A stretch of 11,061 nt of DNA. Source: Archangium sp. GTDB taxonomy: Bacteria; Myxococcota; Myxococcia; Myxococcales; Myxococcaceae. The translations under genes and the position numbers were made by a program. Each line of letters starts with the position of its first letter. Position 1 is the first letter of the stretch. Location of the stretch: contig JANLPS010000275.1 of the NCBI GenBank assembly GCA_031367385.1, positions 1-11,061 of the forward strand, given 5' to 3'. The notes under the pieces were generated by a model. The model was not told where the DNA came from. It ran no database searches and worked only from the letters and a program-made list of their open reading frames with translations. Positions 7,881-11,061 of the stretch are shown one piece after another.

Positions 7881-7926
7881 CCCTTCGATTCCTCAGGGCG
7901 GGCTTCGAGTGCCTCAGGACGAACGG
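7881..7926. repeat. Degenerate REP-like tandem units between convergent genes
   Basis: CCCTTCGATTCCTCAGGG (7881-7898, bulged hairpin) and CTTCGAGTGCCTCAGGACGAACGG (7903-7926); same TTCGA..CTCA core as the 2919-3021 arms. Confidence 0.6.
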
Positions 7927-7929
7927 TGG

Positions 7930-9435
7930 TTAACAGCCCTGCGAGCAGTCGAAGGCAGGCTGGGTCGCGTAGGTGACGCCGTTCACGTCGTGCTCGTCTT
8001 CGAAGTTGGTGTCGGTGACGCCCAGTGACACGTTGAGCTCGCCGGTGCGCTCATCCAAAGTCCACCGGGAGTGGGACCGCTTTCGCAGCCACGATCGCGC
8101 CTTGGCATCGCTCGGCGCGGCCACCACTCCGAACTCGGTGCCCTGGTAGGCAGACGACTCGACCCGCACGACGGTCTTCGAGGTGCCGAGCGGCATCACC
8201 AAGCGCCGAATGTGAGCCCGGTACATGTCGACCTCAACCTCTTGCGTGCCCGCGCAGGCGTCATGGGTGCGGACATCGGTCGAGTAGAACCACAGCACCC
8301 GCGGCCGTGTCGCATCGACCACCAGCTGCACCACGGTGCCTTGCACAATCGCCGCCTTCTCGAGCACCTCCACCCGCTTCTGCCAGGGCCCCTGGCTCTT
8401 CTCGCTGCACGGCTTGCGCACATCGACGTGCGACAAGCAGAACGAGTCAGACAGCTTCGCCGGGAGCTTGCCGCTCACGAACGAGACCCACTTCGCGGTG
8501 GCGGGCTCACCGACGCAGGCCCAGGCGACGTCGATGCGCTTGGGCGCGACGTGCAGCTGCGCCGTGGCGGCGTTGACGACCCACGAAGCGCGGTTGGCGA
8601 CCCAGGCGGCGTCGAGCCACGCCGAGCGAGCGTCTTCGGTACGATCGATCAAGAACGCACGGTGCAGCAGCACGACCGCCTCGTCTTGCTTCGCGGGGCT
8701 GCCCGTCTTGCTCGCCGCCCACGCCGACAACGCGGCCGCGTCGATTGGGTTGGTCGAGAGCCACTTGAGCTCGACCGCTCCGGTCTTCGAGGTGCCGGTC
8801 GACGCGATCGGGTCAGACCCCGCCTTGCCGAAGCGAACGTCGGTCGCGAGCTTGACCGACACCGTGGCCCAGGCCCCCTCGACCTTGGTCACCGCGAGCT
8901 CGGTGTTGATCGGCAACAACATCACCTGCGGCGCGCGTGCCTTGGCCGAGGCTCGCAGGGGCAACAGGGCGGTGGCCACATAGGCGATGCCCGCGTCGTC
9001 GGTGAACGGAGCGCCGGTCGACTCGACCTCGGGCAGCGCCGATTCGGGCACCAGATCAGGGCCGCTTTCTCCGCGCTTGAGCAGCAGCTGGGCCAGAATC
9101 GCGACCTGCCACGCGTCAGGCGTGCCGACGGTCTCGAGGGCCTTGGTGGCGGCTTCAGGGTCGCGCAGCAGCAAGCGTTTCAGCGCCAGACCCTCGACGG
9201 CACCCGTGTCGATGGCGGCATCGTCAGGCACGCCCTCGGTCTCTTGAGCGTCATCGGCCGGCTCGCCGACCTTCGGCTCAACGGCCTCAGCCACTGCCGC
9301 ATCGGGCGGTGGGGTGACGGGCGGAGGCGCGGGGATCGGAGCCGGCACGACGACCAGTGGCGGCCGCTCGCGGTCTTTGTCACACGCCATCACCACCAGA
9401 CCCACTGCGCACAGGCCCACCCAGAGTTGTCGCAT
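7930..9435 (-). CDS. Lipoprotein with Pro-rich linker, SH3b-like domain and Cys-containing C-terminal domain, 501 aa
   Basis: ATG at 9435 gives MRQLWVGLCAVGLVVMA-C (lipobox); Pro-rich linker; AYVATALLPLRASAKARAPQVMLLPINTELAVTKVEGAWATV...TGAVELKWLS fits bacterial SH3; six further Cys in the C-terminal half. Confidence 0.8.
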   Translation of the reverse strand: MRQLWVGLCAVGLVVMACDKDRERPPLVVVPAPIPAPPPVTPPPDAAVAEAVEPKVGEPADDAQETEGVPDDAAIDTGAVEGLALKRLLLRDPEAATKALETVGTPDAWQVAILAQLLLKRGESGPDLVPESALPEVESTGAPFTDDAGIAYVATALLPLRASAKARAPQVMLLPINTELAVTKVEGAWATVSVKLATDVRFGKAGSDPIASTGTSKTGAVELKWLSTNPIDAAALSAWAASKTGSPAKQDEAVVLLHRAFLIDRTEDARSAWLDAAWVANRASWVVNAATAQLHVAPKRIDVAWACVGEPATAKWVSFVSGKLPAKLSDSFCLSHVDVRKPCSEKSQGPWQKRVEVLEKAAIVQGTVVQLVVDATRPRVLWFYSTDVRTHDACAGTQEVEVDMYRAHIRRLVMPLGTSKTVVRVESSAYQGTEFGVVAAPSDAKARSWLRKRSHSRWTLDERTGELNVSLGVTDTNFEDEHDVNGVTYATQPAFDCSQGC

Positions 9436-9445
9436 CGAGGGCAGG

Positions 9446-9451
9446 AGCCTA
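9446..9451 (-). promoter_or_regulatory. Possible -10 element (TAGGCT) for a near-leaderless transcript of the lipoprotein gene
   Basis: TAGGCT on the minus strand ends 10 nt before ATG 9435; no Shine-Dalgarno sequence and no convincing -35. Confidence 0.3.
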
Positions 9452-9963
9452 CCCGCGCTCTGCTCGCCGGCCGAAGGCAATCTCATGTCTCAAAGGCATT
9501 GATGCCGAAGGGTCAGGCGACGAGATCGTCTCGATGCTGCCGTTGTCTAACCACGTGGGCTGGAGGCGAACGTCGATGAAGGCCATCGCGCATGGGAGCG
9601 CCACCGTGGCGGCCCGCGTCTGTGCATACTCTTACCCAACCATGAGCTGAGAGGCAGTCGCTGTGCTGTTCCTCCCAAACGCTGGTTTTCGGCGAACGAT
9701 CCTCGATCGGTTCCCCTCCGCGGATCCCCGATGCGTTCCGAGGCGGGTAACGACACACGTACAGAGCAGGGCACGGCTTCGATTGGGTGCACGTCTGCGT
9801 GCAGAACTTTTTCGAAGGCTTTAACCCGCACCACCGCCAACCCGCACCCTCACTGAATCTGCAAAAACACAAGGCACACCCTTCGGGTCACAAGTAACGC
9901 AACTATGATTTCTCCAAGAACGCAGCGACGGCGCAAGCCTCTCAAATGACGTCAATCGGCGCA

Positions 9964-9979
9964 TGGCGCAGTTGATGCA
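9964..9979 (+). promoter_or_regulatory. Sigma-54 (RpoN) -24/-12 promoter
   Basis: TGGCGC-AGTTG-ATGCA versus consensus TGGCAC-N5-TTGCW, with exact GG-N10-GC spacing (GG 9965-9966, GC 9977-9978). Predicted TSS near 9990, about 35 nt before ATG 10025. Confidence 0.75.
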
Positions 9980-10024
9980 AACTCAAGGCGAGCAGTCGTC
10001 ATCCCAACCCCCCGGAGAACCACC

Positions 10025-10126
10025 ATGGCCAGCCCGAAAAAGCCCCTGCAGCTCGAAGTCAAGAAGCTGAAGACCCTCTCTGACCCGTCGACGGTGAAGG
10101 GCGGCCTGAGCTGCACGACCTGGTAA
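10025..10126 (+). CDS. 33-aa double-glycine-leader precursor-like peptide MASPKKPLQLEVKKLKTLSDPSTVKGG-LSCTTW
   Basis: GGAG RBS at 10014-10017 (7-nt spacer); 29 of 32 non-start codons end in G/C; upstream sigma-54 motif; downstream terminator. Shorter than any ORF in the track. Confidence 0.85.
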   Translation: MASPKKPLQLEVKKLKTLSDPSTVKGGLSCTTW

Positions 10127-10141
10127 AGACCCAGCCGGCTC

Positions 10142-11061
10142 CTATTCCAGCCGCCCCTGCCCGTCTGCGACGGAGCAGGGGTGTGTTCGTTTTGACAGGG
10201 CATCGTTGACCAGCTCGACGGTTGGCCGACACCCGGCGGCCCGCTTCTTCGCCTCCGTGAGCACCGGGGGAAAGATCTCCATTCGCGACACTTCGCCCTT
10301 GGGGCCGCGCAGTGTCACCTCGCCGCCCTCGAGCCGAACCTGATCGATGCCATGCCCAATCGTCAGACGAGAGATTCGCTTTTGTGTGGCCCAGTCGAAG
10401 ACTGAGACGACTCCCGCGCGGCCGATCAAAGCCACCAGAGACCCAGAAGCGCTCTCCGTCAGTGGGAGCTTGGTAAACTCCTCGTCCGTCTCCAACCTCA
10501 GGTCAGGTTTTTCGAGATCTCCCACGTCAAGTCGAAGAATCTTTCCGTCCATTCCGAACGTGAGCAATTTGCCTTTTCGCGGTGACTGCCACACATAGAA
10601 GAAGCCGCTGTGCGCGGGGCTGGTTCTCTTGAGCGAGCCGTCGGTCAACGACAACGCGTACAACTTGCCCGAGTTCGACGCCGCAAGAAGCTCGGTGTTG
10701 GTGAAAACCACGTTGGTGATGAAGTCATGGGGAATCGTGAAAAACCGGCTCGACCCGTCTTTCGCCAAGACCAGAACCCTTTCAAGCGTCGGCACCGCGA
10801 TCAGATTGGAGTCAGCTGAGGCTGCACCGAGCTGCTCGGTTCGCGGGGTCAAGGTTCGCTGCGTCTCGACGATGAACTCTTCGCCGACTCTGCGAAGAAC
10901 GAGCACTCGGTCTCCAAGAGAAATCACCCCCCAGCTGTCATCGGGAGCAATCGTGCTGTTGAAATCGGAGACGTTGTCGAATGGGTAGCGAATCGGCACC
11001 ACTTGGAGGCTCTTGGTGCGAACGACCCCCTGCGCGCCCCGAATCGAGACCTGGGCGCCCA
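10142..11061 (-). CDS. C-terminal part of a WD40-like beta-propeller protein; partial, continues beyond the right edge
   Basis: The frame stays open upstream of the track start 11002 to the edge (GAQVSIRGAQGVVRTKSLQVVPI...). About 40-residue beta-rich blades: ITNVVFTNTELLAASNSGKLYALSL, AHSGFFYVWQSPRKGKLLTFGMDGKILRLDV, SASGSLVALIGRAGVVSVFDW. Confidence 0.75.
   Translation of the reverse strand, partial: GAQVSIRGAQGVVRTKSLQVVPIRYPFDNVSDFNSTIAPDDSWGVISLGDRVLVLRRVGEEFIVETQRTLTPRTEQLGAASADSNLIAVPTLERVLVLAKDGSSRFFTIPHDFITNVVFTNTELLAASNSGKLYALSLTDGSLKRTSPAHSGFFYVWQSPRKGKLLTFGMDGKILRLDVGDLEKPDLRLETDEEFTKLPLTESASGSLVALIGRAGVVSVFDWATQKRISRLTIGHGIDQVRLEGGEVTLRGPKGEVSRMEIFPPVLTEAKKRAAGCRPTVELVNDALSKRTHPCSVADGQGRLE
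10153..10193 (+). terminator. Intrinsic terminator downstream of the small peptide gene
   Basis: GCCCCTGC-CCGTC-tgc-GACGG-a-GCAGGGGT stem (13 bp, one bulge) followed by GTGTTCGTTTT. Confidence 0.7.

Noticed and set aside
8071..9579. Long + strand ORF (502 aa) and similar long antisense ORFs (1395-2417, 3757-4803, 4879-6069)
   Set aside because: Typical stop-poor shadow frames of high-GC genes with no recognisable motifs.
9505..9886. 9-bp inverted repeat CCGAAGGGT / ACCCTTCGG as MITE ends
   Set aside because: Too short, does not extend, and no target-site duplication is visible.
9952..10203. 83-aa minus-strand ORF over the peptide gene
   Set aside because: No RBS or motif; the + strand 33-aa ORF has promoter, RBS, codon-bias and terminator support.

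Overview
GC-rich bacterial DNA, most likely Myxococcota (inferred from a myxobacterial-type Cys-rich repeat, DAG/DGG linker lipoproteins and a sigma-54 promoter). Left to right: a 3'-truncated Cys-rich lipoprotein missing from the ORF track (-); bcp peroxiredoxin (-); a divergent LytS-type kinase/LytTR regulator pair (+) with a candidate 21-bp-period LytTR site upstream; a REP-like inverted repeat; a membrane protein with a PH-like domain (+); a probable caspase-fold (clan CD) His/Cys peptidase with a DUF4116-like segment (-), directly downstream of a HlyC/CorC (CNNM-CBS) gene (-); purS-purQ plus an overlapping secreted protein (+); a second REP-like element; an SH3b-containing lipoprotein (-); a long palindrome-rich intergenic region; and the 3' end of a beta-propeller gene (-). 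The most striking item is too short for the ORF track: a 33-codon gene at 10025-10126 (MASPKKPLQLEVKKLKTLSDPSTVKGG|LSCTTW) with a sigma-54 -24/-12 promoter, GGAG RBS, strongly GC-biased third codon positions and its own terminator. It looks like a double-glycine-leader precursor of a 6-residue RiPP or signalling peptide. All family calls come from motif recognition by eye; no searches were run.
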